Shown piece by piece: positions 9,903 to 20,004 of a DNA stretch of 64,000 bases. The position numbers and the translations under genes are program-made. The notes under the pieces are model-generated. The model made no database searches, had not been told where the DNA came from, and worked only from the letters and a program-made list of their open reading frames with translations. Numbering within the stretch: the stretch's first letter is position 1; every line of letters begins with the position of its first letter. Source of the DNA: a virus (Duplodnaviria; Heunggongvirae; Uroviricota; Caudoviricetes); the IMG/VR virus record IMGVR_UViG_3300042905_002309, positions 105,278 to 169,277 of that record. One strand, 5' to 3'.

Positions 9903-11045
9903 ATGGCTAAGAAAAAACAAGTAGAAGAAGAAGTAACAATGAGTGATAAAGAATCCGCTAAAATATTAGCTGATGCTATGGGATCAATCGATAAACTTAA
10001 TCCTGATGCAACTGAACTAAGTGAGGATTCTTTATCGAATGTTAATGATTGGATTGATACTGGATGTTATTCATTAAATGGTATCATATCTGGATCATTA
10101 TTTGGTGGTATTCCTGTAGGTCGTGTAACTGGTATCGTGGGTCTTTCTGGTACTGGTAAAACTCTTATCATGAATAAGATTATGGCTAACGCTATCAGAA
10201 AGGGTTACAAGCCTGTTTATTTTGATTCAGAGAGTGCATTAGACCATCTTACAGCAGAACGTCTTGGTTGTGATATTACTAAGATTAAACACTGTCCAAT
10301 TGAGTTCATTGAAGATTGTAAGAATCAAATTGTTACACTTTTAAGTAAACTTATTGAAGCTAATATGAAGCGTAAAGTTATCGTATTTATTGATTCTTTA
10401 GGCAATCTTGTAACAAGAAAAGAAGTTGACGATTCTCTTGAAAATAGTGGTGCTAGTGATATGGGTTCAAAGGCTAAGATGTTAGGTAGTCTTATTAGAC
10501 AAGTTACACATAAGGCAGCAAAAGCAGAAGTTCCTGTAATTTTTTCTAATCATTTAATTATGAATCCTGCTGAAAAGTTCCCTAATATTGTCAAATTACA
10601 ACCCGGTGGTTTGAAGTGTACCTACTTGCCATCTATTGTATTACAATTATCTACTACAACTGAAAAGGTTGAAGATATGGCAGAAGATAATAAAGCTTCC
10701 AAATTATCAGAAAATATTTCTGGTGTACACTTGAGAGCTTTGACTACTAAGAATCGTTTTGCCCCACCTTTTGTGGAAACTACTATGATGCTTAATTATA
10801 AGACAGGTTTAAGTAAGTATATCGGATTACTTGAAATGGCTAAGAAATTAGAGCTATTTACTAAAGATGGACATCAATACGTTATGGATGGAGTTAAGAT
10901 TGGATTCGCCAAGAACTTCCAAGACAGCGCAGAATTTTGGGAAAACGGCCCACTTCAAAAATTGGATGTTTTAATCAAAAAAGAACTTACTTATTCAAAT
11001 GAAAATCTTACAAAGATACAGGAAGAAGTGGAGAAGCAAGGATAA
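9903..11045 (+). CDS. uvsX: RecA-like recombinase UvsX
   Basis: IDTGCYSLNGIISG, Walker A GLSGTGKT, FDSE, FIDSLGNL, FSNH, KNRF. Confidence 0.95.
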   Translation: MAKKKQVEEEVTMSDKESAKILADAMGSIDKLNPDATELSEDSLSNVNDWIDTGCYSLNGIISGSLFGGIPVGRVTGIVGLSGTGKTLIMNKIMANAIRKGYKPVYFDSESALDHLTAERLGCDITKIKHCPIEFIEDCKNQIVTLLSKLIEANMKRKVIVFIDSLGNLVTRKEVDDSLENSGASDMGSKAKMLGSLIRQVTHKAAKAEVPVIFSNHLIMNPAEKFPNIVKLQPGGLKCTYLPSIVLQLSTTTEKVEDMAEDNKASKLSENISGVHLRALTTKNRFAPPFVETTMMLNYKTGLSKYIGLLEMAKKLELFTKDGHQYVMDGVKIGFAKNFQDSAEFWENGPLQKLDVLIKKELTYSNENLTKIQEEVEKQG

Positions 11046-11104
11046 CCCTTGCTTTTCTCTCCAATCTGTAGTATTGTATAAAGATATGAAATTTGAAAGG
11101 TTAC

Positions 11105-12529
11105 ATGATTAAACTAGACAAAAAGTTGTTCGAATATGTGATTTGTAAAAATGCCATGTTCGACGCAGAGTATTTGAGTTCCATCGTAGATCATTACAAT
11201 CCACTTTATTTCGATAATGAAGATGTTCGATGCATCTTATCGATTATTGTTGATTTCTTTGGTAAACACAACAAAATACCCAACATGACTGAAATCAAAG
11301 TCCTTTTGACTGATGATACACAAAAGGAACACATTAGAAGTCTTTTAGCTATTTTGAAGACCATTGATGATGCTAAAGATTATAACGGAGATGAATTGAT
11401 CGAAAATACCGAACAATTTCTTCGTGAACGTGCAGTTTATATGGCATTGTTACGTACCACTGAGAATTTATCAAACTCCAATATTATTGATACAAGTGCA
11501 ATCTTAGAGACTTTCAATCAAGCTTGTACGATTTCTTTAGTCGATGATCTTGGGTTTGATTACTTTGAACGTGTTGATGATCATCTTAATGATTTGAATA
11601 AACCAAATAATGTAATTCCTATTGGATGGAGTTTTATTGATGAACGTATTGGTGGTGGTATTCAGGCAGAAGGTAAGGCATTATATGTCTTTACGGGATT
11701 TACTAATGTAGGTAAATCAATCTTTCTTGGTAATATTGCTATGAATATCGTCAAACAAAATAAGGTAGTTTTACTTATAAGTCTTGAAATGTCTGAACAG
11801 ATGTATTCAAAACGTATTAGTAGTTCAATTTCACAAATACCTTATTCGATTATTCATGAACATGTGGACGAATTAAAGACCCACATTATGACGTTCAAAG
11901 ATAATCATAATGCTAAATTAATCATTAAGGAATTTCCTACCAAAGGTGTTACAGTTAATCATCTTAACAGTTATATCAGCAAATTAATCAAGCGTGGTAT
12001 CAAACCTGATGTATTGGTTGTAGATTATGTAAATCTTTTCAAGAGTAATAAGAAAAATGTCGGCCTTTATGATGAAGTAAAAGATATTGCCGAACAACTT
12101 AGAGGAACTACATACAAGTTTAAATGTCCTTGTATAACAGCTTCACAGTTAGGTAGAAGTGCGGCAGGTGTTTCAGAACCGGGTATGGAAAAGACTTCTG
12201 AATCTATTGGTTTACCTTTTACGGCTGATGCACAATTTTCTATTTGGAGTGAAGAGGGTGATAAACAAGCAGGATTAATCCATTTAGGTATTCAGAAGAA
12301 CCGATTTGGTGTTAATTTTGGTCATACCACATTAGATATTGTATATGAGACTTTAACAATTAAAGAACGTCCAATATTCACAACTATGACTAACGCTACT
12401 GTAAAATCATCTGATGATACAATTGATGATATTCAAAAAGCATTATCAGCTTCTAAGACTCCTATACCAGCGAAAGCCCCTACATCAGTATCAACTGATC
12501 CAACTGATCCCTTGGGTTTACCATATTAA
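11105..12529 (+). CDS. 41: Replicative DnaB-like helicase (T4 gp41-like)
   Basis: Walker A GFTNVGKS, ISLEMSE, VVDYVNL, TASQLGR, SESIG, QKNRFG; likely start ATG 11105. Confidence 0.93.
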   Translation: MIKLDKKLFEYVICKNAMFDAEYLSSIVDHYNPLYFDNEDVRCILSIIVDFFGKHNKIPNMTEIKVLLTDDTQKEHIRSLLAILKTIDDAKDYNGDELIENTEQFLRERAVYMALLRTTENLSNSNIIDTSAILETFNQACTISLVDDLGFDYFERVDDHLNDLNKPNNVIPIGWSFIDERIGGGIQAEGKALYVFTGFTNVGKSIFLGNIAMNIVKQNKVVLLISLEMSEQMYSKRISSSISQIPYSIIHEHVDELKTHIMTFKDNHNAKLIIKEFPTKGVTVNHLNSYISKLIKRGIKPDVLVVDYVNLFKSNKKNVGLYDEVKDIAEQLRGTTYKFKCPCITASQLGRSAAGVSEPGMEKTSESIGLPFTADAQFSIWSEEGDKQAGLIHLGIQKNRFGVNFGHTTLDIVYETLTIKERPIFTTMTNATVKSSDDTIDDIQKALSASKTPIPAKAPTSVSTDPTDPLGLPY

Positions 12530-12567
12530 ATTTATGATAAAAAGTACTTGAAAAGTGATGTAGAAAG

Positions 12568-12575
12568 TATAAATA
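12568..12575 (+). promoter_or_regulatory. T4-type late promoter TATAAATA
   Basis: Exact TATAAATA 5 nt upstream of ATG 12581. Confidence 0.65.
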
Positions 12576-12580
12576 GTTAC

Positions 12581-12979
12581 ATGGAAAAAGATAATGCTAT
12601 AAAGCCTTTTATGAAAGATTGTCCTGTCGTTCTTTTAAGTGAACGAGAGTACGAAAAATCATTAATGAAATTTGGCAGTTTCTTATACCTAATAAATAAT
12701 AAAAATATAAACCCAACGTTTATCTTCATAAATTTAGTAAAAGAAGAGAAACTACAAAAAATATTCATGGAAATTACAGGGGCAAACACCCTAACAGAAA
12801 TACTACAAAAGTTATTGACATTTTACCCGAATTTGATAAAGTCAAAGATGGTAAAGGAACAGTGTATAAAGATTGTTAAAAATAAACAACGAAATAAACA
12901 GAGAGCAAAAAATGCTAACAGACCTACAAAAAACTATTTACAACACGCATCTAGCAGCAAGTCGTTCACATCAAAATAA
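12581..12979 (+). CDS. Hypothetical protein
   Basis: ORF between gp41 and the gp59-like gene; likely start ATG 12581. Confidence 0.65.
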   Translation: MEKDNAIKPFMKDCPVVLLSEREYEKSLMKFGSFLYLINNKNINPTFIFINLVKEEKLQKIFMEITGANTLTEILQKLLTFYPNLIKSKMVKEQCIKIVKNKQRNKQRAKNANRPTKNYLQHASSSKSFTSK

Positions 12980-13589
12980 ACCGTTCACTATCCGCAAAGA
13001 TTTTGAGAATTTTGAAACAGAAAAATCAGAAGAATACTTAGCTATTCTAAAGATTGAACAGATTATCAAGACTAGTAATTTAAATACCAAGGTATACATT
13101 AACGCCCCTTATCTCGTTTATGCTGATACCAAATATTTTGATTTACCATTTTACACCACACAAAAAGCTATTAAAGCTTATACCGTTCATATTAAAAGTA
13201 TGCAATTTAAATTACCCGATGATAAGGAACAATTGGAATTTATTAAAGATTCTCTTATTTTCATTAAAGATTATTGCATCAAAGAAGGTATAGTATTAGA
13301 TAAGTATTTCTCACAAATGGAAGGCATTGCACCTGCATGGGCAAACCATATTGTGACATACAAACTATCAATCTATCTATTTATTGGTTTCGAACTTTTA
13401 GGGGTTCCTATACGAGATATCATGTATGATTTACATCCAGATGATAGAGAGATGTATCTAGGTAACATAGATGAAACGTACCCTAGATATAAAGCGAATA
13501 TAAACAATTCAATTATAGCTAAAAAATTGATAAAGGAAGGGGTGGCACGAATAAACACATTGATTAGTGCAGAATGTTTACCGTTCTAA
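12912..13589 (+). CDS. Possible helicase loader (gp59-like), by position and size
   Basis: About 225 aa helical protein directly upstream of gp32, as gene 59 is in T4; no firm motif. Confidence 0.45.
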   Translation: MLTDLQKTIYNTHLAASRSHQNKPFTIRKDFENFETEKSEEYLAILKIEQIIKTSNLNTKVYINAPYLVYADTKYFDLPFYTTQKAIKAYTVHIKSMQFKLPDDKEQLEFIKDSLIFIKDYCIKEGIVLDKYFSQMEGIAPAWANHIVTYKLSIYLFIGFELLGVPIRDIMYDLHPDDREMYLGNIDETYPRYKANINNSIIAKKLIKEGVARINTLISAECLPF

Positions 13590-13699
13590 AAAGAACAAAA
13601 ATAAATAAAGTTTGGACTTGAAAAGTCCTAAAAAAATGATATGATCTTAATATAGATCGAACAAGGTATAATAAAAGAAAGAAAAAGAAAAAGGAAATT

Positions 13700-14593
13700 A
13701 TGATTAATTACGAAGAAATGTTGAATAATATTGTTAGTATTAAAGAGAAGATGAACGATGGTATCACCAAGCATATCTTGAAAACAGATACAATTGGTAA
13801 TGTTATCACAGGAAGATTGCTTCCTAACATTAAAGATATAGACCCTGAAACAGGAGCAATTCCTACTGAATATTCTTACTACTGCCATTTCGTGCGAAGT
13901 AAGATTGACAATTCTAATATCTATGTGAATTGTTTAAATACTCTTGGTAATCCCTGCCCTATCTGTAAAAAGAGTATTGAAATGTGGAAAAGTGGTGACG
14001 AAAGTAAGAAGAAACGTTCCGAAGGTATTCGTCGTCAACACAACTTCGTTACTAACTTTTATGTTATTAATGATGTGAAGAATCCTGCTAATAATGGTAA
14101 GGTTATGTTGCTCAAGTATGGTAAACAGATCGATATGAAGATCAAGGGTGCGCTTGAGGGTGAACTTGCTGAGTTTTATGGTAAACGTATCTATAGACTT
14201 GATGAACAAGGTTGTACGTTTATGATTAAGGCTGAGAAGAATGCTGATAATAAGAATAGTAAAAATTCTTATGTCACGTATACAAATTCAACCTTCTTAC
14301 CTGCGGGTCCGATTGTTGGCATGACACCGGAGAAGATGAATGAGATTATGTCAGCTACTCATTGTTTGTCTGCACCTCACAAGGTTTGTAAGACTCCCCA
14401 AGAGCTTATTGATCTTTTGAATAAGCATTATTTCATTAATGATGTTCAACAGACATCAAATGCTGATGTTGAGACATTCACTGGTAATGTTGGCAGTTCT
14501 ACTGCAACTTCCACTGTAACCACAGAGAAAAAGAGTGATACAGTTAGTGTTGATGAAGCTACCTTAGATGATATGATTAAGGAATTGGGTTAA
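13700..14593 (+). CDS. 32: Single-stranded DNA-binding protein (T4 gp32-like)
   Basis: RLLP...YYCH...VNC...CPIC zinc motif, NFYVINDVKNPANNGKV..KYGKQI, acidic C-tail. Confidence 0.92.
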   Translation: MINYEEMLNNIVSIKEKMNDGITKHILKTDTIGNVITGRLLPNIKDIDPETGAIPTEYSYYCHFVRSKIDNSNIYVNCLNTLGNPCPICKKSIEMWKSGDESKKKRSEGIRRQHNFVTNFYVINDVKNPANNGKVMLLKYGKQIDMKIKGALEGELAEFYGKRIYRLDEQGCTFMIKAEKNADNKNSKNSYVTYTNSTFLPAGPIVGMTPEKMNEIMSATHCLSAPHKVCKTPQELIDLLNKHYFINDVQQTSNADVETFTGNVGSSTATSTVTTEKKSDTVSVDEATLDDMIKELG

Positions 14594-14595
14594 AT

Positions 14596-15171
14596 ATGAA
14601 CCAAGACGACCTAACTGATTTACTTGCTTTAGGTGGTGCTGTCAGTCAACAGATCAATGCTTCAAATAGCATGAGAATGGAATATGACAAAGCCATACCT
14701 AGATTAGACCCAAGAAGATTAATTCAGGACGCTACAGGGGGGTTTGGGCAACCAACCCCCTCTCATTATCAACATAATGGTAATTCTGTGCAAATGACTA
14801 ACGCACCTGCCATTATTAATGATGTTGACTTTAAAGAAGTGCGTGTATCTCCTATGATGGGATTAATACCCGTAGATGAGGCTTTAACGGATGATATGCG
14901 TAAGAGAGGCATCACTGGTGCAGATTTTGTTAATAGAGGCACCACAGGCACACCAGCCCACTTACAAGCTGCTAGAATAGCTGGTAATATACAACCTGTA
15001 ATTAAAGAAGATAAAGATCAAATGCAGTTTACTTTCTTGGAAAAACTTGATAATCCTCGTAAGCAAACCCAAATGGAATATTTTGATGAAAAATTCTTAT
15101 TACTCGATGTAAAACTTGATAAGATGATGGAAAAACTTAACATCTTACTTGGTAAGAAGAAAAAGATTTAA
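14596..15171 (+). CDS. Hypothetical protein (191 aa)
   Basis: Tightly coupled ORF after gp32. Confidence 0.7.
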   Translation: MNQDDLTDLLALGGAVSQQINASNSMRMEYDKAIPRLDPRRLIQDATGGFGQPTPSHYQHNGNSVQMTNAPAIINDVDFKEVRVSPMMGLIPVDEALTDDMRKRGITGADFVNRGTTGTPAHLQAARIAGNIQPVIKEDKDQMQFTFLEKLDNPRKQTQMEYFDEKFLLLDVKLDKMMEKLNILLGKKKKI

Positions 15172-15172
15172 T

Positions 15173-15430
15173 ATGACACCCGATGTAACAAATCCAGAAG
15201 CAGATTTAGAAGCACTTTATCGAATTGCTGGAAGTCGATTGAAAAATCCACTAAAGCCACTTGATAAATCAGTAAAGCATGATATGATGGATATCAAAGT
15301 GATGAAGGAAAGTATCAAAGATTTAACTGAGCGTGTTGAAAATTTAGAAAGAATATTACGTAAATCTACAAAGAATGTAAAAGCAATGCAAGTTAACAAT
15401 CAAAATCCAACCCCAAAGAAGAAAGTTTAA
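15173..15430 (+). CDS. Hypothetical coiled-coil protein
   Basis: ATG 15173 directly after upstream stop; heptad pattern IKDLTERVENLERIL. Confidence 0.65.
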   Translation: MTPDVTNPEADLEALYRIAGSRLKNPLKPLDKSVKHDMMDIKVMKESIKDLTERVENLERILRKSTKNVKAMQVNNQNPTPKKKV

Positions 15431-15431
15431 A

Positions 15432-16169
15432 ATGGAAATCATTGTCAATAAGAAGACGATTCTTACGAAGTTTTTAATCCCTATTAGTAAATTTACCGAT
15501 CAGGCTACTTTAACGCTTACAAAAGACTCAATTCATTGTGTGTCATATTCTACAAGCGAAAAACAAACTGTAATTCTTTACACCAAATTAGATGTAAAGA
15601 CTGATACTACAGAAAATGAAATCATTCTTAATATTGGTAGCGTAAAACGCCTTATCAATGCTTTTAATTGTATTTCAGAAGATATTATAAAGCTTATTAT
15701 TGACAGTAATAGCATCAGTTATATATCAGCTAGTACGAACTTCAAGTTTCATTTGAAAGAAGATGGAACAATTGAAAAGGCTCCTATTAGTCTCGATAAG
15801 ATTGCTCAAATCCAATATAATACTTGGTTTACACTTACAAATGATAAGATCAATGAAATTCTTCAAGCATCTAACTTTAGTGCAGAAACCAATAAGGTTT
15901 ACATCTATCTCAAGGATAACAATCTTTATGGTGAAATGACAGATAAGACGATTCAGAATCTTGATAGTATGACAGTATTACTTAGTGATGCTGTTATGGG
16001 TGATAGATTGTCCGAAATGATTGCTTTGAAGATAGATATTTTCAAGATCATCAGCACACTTAAAATGCCTACATTAACTGTAAAGATCAATACTAAAGGC
16101 GTAATCATGTTTGAGATTAAAGAAGCAGATTTTTTACTTCAATATATAACCAGTTCGTTAGTAAAATAA
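15432..16169 (+). CDS. 45: Sliding clamp (T4 gp45-like)
   Basis: 245 aa with two-domain alpha/beta clamp pattern (ILNIGSVKRLINAF; LTNDKINEILQASNF; YITSSL end) in replication block. Confidence 0.8.
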   Translation: MEIIVNKKTILTKFLIPISKFTDQATLTLTKDSIHCVSYSTSEKQTVILYTKLDVKTDTTENEIILNIGSVKRLINAFNCISEDIIKLIIDSNSISYISASTNFKFHLKEDGTIEKAPISLDKIAQIQYNTWFTLTNDKINEILQASNFSAETNKVYIYLKDNNLYGEMTDKTIQNLDSMTVLLSDAVMGDRLSEMIALKIDIFKIISTLKMPTLTVKINTKGVIMFEIKEADFLLQYITSSLVK

Positions 16170-16176
16170 GGAATCT

Positions 16177-16464
16177 ATGATAACTAAAGAAGAAATATTA
16201 TGTGGTAGTAGAGATGAATTAATTGAGTATTTTCATAACAACTTCAAATTTAGTGATATTGTAAATCCTTTTGGTGTAATTTATTATTTTATGCCTGAAT
16301 TTGGTAGTATCGAAACCCAAGTTGATAGAATTAAAAACTCAGGAGTTATATTTTTTAATAAAGCTTATAAGAATCAAGATTACAGCATTGATGATGTCAT
16401 TATACAAAAATTTTGGGTGTTTGTAAGAACACCTAAGACAAACGATGCAGATGCATCACATTAA
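16177..16464 (+). CDS. Hypothetical protein (95 aa)
   Basis: AAGGA SD, coupled ORF. Confidence 0.6.
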   Translation: MITKEEILCGSRDELIEYFHNNFKFSDIVNPFGVIYYFMPEFGSIETQVDRIKNSGVIFFNKAYKNQDYSIDDVIIQKFWVFVRTPKTNDADASH

Positions 16465-16491
16465 ACATAAACCGCAAATAGAAAGATACAC

Positions 16492-16617
16492 ATGAAGACT
16501 ATAGTAAAAAAGACAGTTAGAAAGACACGCAAGATTGCTAAGAAGCATAATGTTAGAAATAGCATTGGTCGTTTTACCAAGCAATTGAAACGTGACCGTC
16601 TTGGTCGTTTCACTTAA
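16492..16617 (+). CDS. Very basic micro-protein (41 aa) with duplicated R-x-x-x-GRFT motif, not in ORF track
   Basis: MKTIVKKTVRKTRKIAKKHNVRNSIGRFTKQLKRDRLGRFT; GAAAGA upstream. Confidence 0.6.
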   Translation: MKTIVKKTVRKTRKIAKKHNVRNSIGRFTKQLKRDRLGRFT

Positions 16618-16650
16618 ACCATTAACCCCTAACAAAGAAAGGATAATATT

Positions 16651-16977
16651 ATGAGTAGTAAACCCACAACATGCGGATATTTTATGATGCGTATGAGAGA
16701 TAGTGGATACCGTGTTGAAAAGGTATTCGAAGACTATGCTCCAACTGATCCTAGATCATGGACAGTAGTGATTGATCCCGGTTTCGCCACAATCTTCTGT
16801 ACGTGTTTTATAAATCGTACTGACTTAGGTGATAATCACTTTGAGTTTTATGATGGTGGTCAATTCTTACCCAATATTAAAGTTAAGACAGCATCAATTG
16901 ATGTCTTGATTGAAACATTGGTTAAGTACGGCATTAATCATAAGGTTGGTAATTACGAAAAGTTTGCCAAAACCTGA
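16651..16977 (+). CDS. Hypothetical protein (108 aa)
   Basis: AAGGA SD; DPRSWTVVIDPG and FEFYDGGQF motifs. Confidence 0.75.
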   Translation: MSSKPTTCGYFMMRMRDSGYRVEKVFEDYAPTDPRSWTVVIDPGFATIFCTCFINRTDLGDNHFEFYDGGQFLPNIKVKTASIDVLIETLVKYGINHKVGNYEKFAKT

Positions 16978-17010
16978 TAGTAAATGATAAATAGTTAAGG
17001 AGTAGGAGTT

Positions 17011-17370
17011 ATGAATATGACCAGAAAGAAAAAAATTTCTAAGGATGTAGTTAAGACTCCTATTCCTGCTATTACCGCTACAGATAAACCTAAACTATCT
17101 GATACTGAAATGAAATCTTTTACGGAATTTGTTAAGAAAATTAATCTTAAAACCCCTAAATCAGAAGAAGGTGAAATTAAACATCTTAATAACATGATAA
17201 AAGAATACACAAGTTGTTATCTATTATTAGGTTATAATACAAAACATGAGGCATTTGTGTTGTCACATGTGAACCATATGCAAGATTCCAATGCTATTGA
17301 TGAATTATTACGTCAAGTATTCATGAATAATATGGATGGTACTGATGGTAATCAAGAAGAAGACGAGTAA
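17011..17370 (+). CDS. Hypothetical protein (119 aa)
   Basis: AGGAG SD and TAAATA late-type element upstream. Confidence 0.7.
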   Translation: MNMTRKKKISKDVVKTPIPAITATDKPKLSDTEMKSFTEFVKKINLKTPKSEEGEIKHLNNMIKEYTSCYLLLGYNTKHEAFVLSHVNHMQDSNAIDELLRQVFMNNMDGTDGNQEEDE

Positions 17371-17398
17371 TCGTACTTACATTTTAATCAATTTTATT

Positions 17399-17429
17399 AA
17401 CTAGGTCGAGTAATTGACCTAGTTTTTTT
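17399..17429 (+). terminator. Rho-independent terminator closing the replication block
   Basis: AACTAGGTC-GAGTAATT-GACCTAGTT followed by T run. Confidence 0.85.
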
Positions 17430-17438
17430 GCTTTGGTG

Positions 17439-17446
17439 TATAAATA
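17439..17446 (+). promoter_or_regulatory. T4-type late promoter TATAAATA for gp5-like operon
   Basis: Exact TATAAATA, then AAGGA SD, then ATG 17465. Confidence 0.75.
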
Positions 17447-17464
17447 ATTACAAGGAATATTAAT

Positions 17465-20002
17465 ATGGAAAAGGATTTTGGAATATATGTAGGTGTTTGT
17501 GTGCAAAATAATGACCCCGAAATGCGTGGTCGTATTAAGATATATATTCCTCAATTATCACCAAATATTACAAGTTTGAATATAAATGTAGATAAATTCT
17601 TCAATTTTATTGATAAGAATAATCCAGATATTACCTCTGCACTTACAGATTTAAAAGAAATACTTCCTTGGGCTGAATATGCTGGACCAATGTTTGGTGG
17701 CTGTGCTAGTGGTCGTTTTAATGCCTCTAACGGACAAGCTACGACTTCTGATTCAAATGCTTGGGATGGTGACAAGGTTGCTGATGGGGCTAGACCTGCG
17801 AACAATTTTGTAGGTTCAGATACGTATCCTGATGCATTCACACAGACAATGGGACAACAAAACCGTAAAGTAAACGACTATGCCTACCAATACACACCAT
17901 CTAATTATTCAAATTTAGCTAGAGGTGTATTCAGTATTCCTAACGTAGGTTCCCATTTATACACCTTCTTTATTAATGGTGATAGAAATTTCCCTGTTTA
18001 TTTTGCATCAGCATATAGTGAAGAAGATGTTAAACGCATTTTTACTATGGCACAAGATGTTAATAATAATGCAAGTACTGATTATCCTCAATCCTACGAA
18101 AATAGAAAATTAAATCTAAGCGAATCATCCGACTCTAAAACTTTCAGATCAAAAAGCGTATTCAATAGTAATAAACATACAATTGAAATGATCGACACAG
18201 ATTTAAGAGAAATATTGAAATTTACACATTATTCTGGATCATTTAAAGAATTTAATAATTATTCCACAATTGAATTAGCGACTAATAATGATCAAAAAAT
18301 GGTTCTAGGTAATCAATTTTTAACAACACAGAAAAATAAGAGCGAGTTTGTAAAGTATGATAACGAACAAATTATTTTTGGCGATCATTATAAAACTGTT
18401 GGTAATCCTAAACCCGATGTAGTGAATAAGATTTTAACTATTCAGAAAAACATTCACGAATTAAAGATGTTGTTTGACATGCAAAGAACTTCGTATACAA
18501 CAATACCAACTAATTTAGATACTGCAACGATACCACAGAAATTTTTATCAATATATCAACAAAAACTTCCAATGATACATAATGTTGTATGTCCAGTTTG
18601 TAAAGGTTTGCCATATTTAGCTATCTTTCCTGATCCTTTATACAGATTTGCCCCATTTGGATTGACCACGAATCCAGACCCACTAGGATTAAATAACTGG
18701 AAAGAAAACGCAAGATATGGTGGATCGTGTTGGGATCGTACTACAAAACTTACTTTCGATGCAGACGGACATTTAGGATCATCAACCGAAGGTGTTGAAG
18801 GTTCTGGTATGACACTAGAAGATATGTTTGGTAGCGCAGAAGCAATGGCAGCAATTTTTGGTCCCGAAGGAGCTAATTCACAATTTATTCCGGGTTGTAA
18901 CACATACTTTATACCGGGTGTTTCTGATAGTCCATATAATATGTACGGACCACCCTTTACTTGTGAACCCATACCTACACACATTTTAGATGGTTGTTAT
19001 GGGGTATTTGCAGGACAATTTTGTAAATGTTGTAATCCAAAAGGTCAAATGGTTAAGAATCAATCCGCTGCATACGCACTTGGTATAGGATTATCACCAT
19101 CATCCGAAGGTACTACATTCTTACCTGAACCAAAGAAGTTACCAAATGGTGCATTAGATCAATTGATTATAACTACTGCACCAGCATTAACCGAATTGGA
19201 AAATAGTTTAGGTAGAGGTGGAGATGAGATTATACAAATTACATCTAATAAAATTGAAACTATTGGAACAGTAATGAACGATTTGAAATCCATCAGAATT
19301 GACCCTATCGGTAAATTAAAAATTGATGGATGTGTTGTAGCCGCACAAGGTACATATAATAATTTTAAACCTTCTCCACATGTTGAATATGTTGATGTAG
19401 TTGATTTACCAGGTGATTATATTTTAACTGCTATGAATAAATATAAATTACTAGTGGGGTCTAAAGGTGTAAATATTCAAACAACTGGACCAATTGATAT
19501 CTATGGCACAATTGTTAATATCACTGGTGAACAATTAAATATATCATCTGAAAATGAAATTATTGTTGATGGTGGTGAACGTTTAACATTAAGAGCTAGA
19601 AAAATAACATTATTACCAGTTGAACATAATGCTGTTGTAGTTGAAGGGCAATTACACGTAACAAGAAATACTATCATACAAGGTGGACTTATGTGTGAAG
19701 GGGAAGTTGGTTTATTACATGTTACTGCACCTATTGAATGGCAGAAAACTGAAATTGGTGCTTGGAATTTATTTCCTGATTGCGAACCTATTTTATGTAA
19801 GATTAATGGGGAATTTGCTACAGTAATATTACCTACACATTCACATTGGTTCAAAAATATTCCAATAAGATTTAAGCAACATAATGAAGCTGTACGTGAA
19901 GGTATGATTGAATTAGGTATTAATTCTAGAAATAAGACAGCAACTTTATTACCTGCTGAATTAGGAGAAGCATTAACCACCACAGGATGGCAGCTTTCAT
20001 AA
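17465..20002 (+). CDS. 5: Baseplate central spike (T4 gp5 / VgrG-like), no lysozyme domain visible
   Basis: N-terminal OB fold (YVGVCVQNNDPEMRGRIKIYIP; LPWA; FSIPNVGS..FINGDRNFPVYF), beta-helix repeats, Cys-rich insert. Confidence 0.85.
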   Translation: MEKDFGIYVGVCVQNNDPEMRGRIKIYIPQLSPNITSLNINVDKFFNFIDKNNPDITSALTDLKEILPWAEYAGPMFGGCASGRFNASNGQATTSDSNAWDGDKVADGARPANNFVGSDTYPDAFTQTMGQQNRKVNDYAYQYTPSNYSNLARGVFSIPNVGSHLYTFFINGDRNFPVYFASAYSEEDVKRIFTMAQDVNNNASTDYPQSYENRKLNLSESSDSKTFRSKSVFNSNKHTIEMIDTDLREILKFTHYSGSFKEFNNYSTIELATNNDQKMVLGNQFLTTQKNKSEFVKYDNEQIIFGDHYKTVGNPKPDVVNKILTIQKNIHELKMLFDMQRTSYTTIPTNLDTATIPQKFLSIYQQKLPMIHNVVCPVCKGLPYLAIFPDPLYRFAPFGLTTNPDPLGLNNWKENARYGGSCWDRTTKLTFDADGHLGSSTEGVEGSGMTLEDMFGSAEAMAAIFGPEGANSQFIPGCNTYFIPGVSDSPYNMYGPPFTCEPIPTHILDGCYGVFAGQFCKCCNPKGQMVKNQSAAYALGIGLSPSSEGTTFLPEPKKLPNGALDQLIITTAPALTELENSLGRGGDEIIQITSNKIETIGTVMNDLKSIRIDPIGKLKIDGCVVAAQGTYNNFKPSPHVEYVDVVDLPGDYILTAMNKYKLLVGSKGVNIQTTGPIDIYGTIVNITGEQLNISSENEIIVDGGERLTLRARKITLLPVEHNAVVVEGQLHVTRNTIIQGGLMCEGEVGLLHVTAPIEWQKTEIGAWNLFPDCEPILCKINGEFATVILPTHSHWFKNIPIRFKQHNEAVREGMIELGINSRNKTATLLPAELGEALTTTGWQLS

Positions 20003-20004
20003 TT

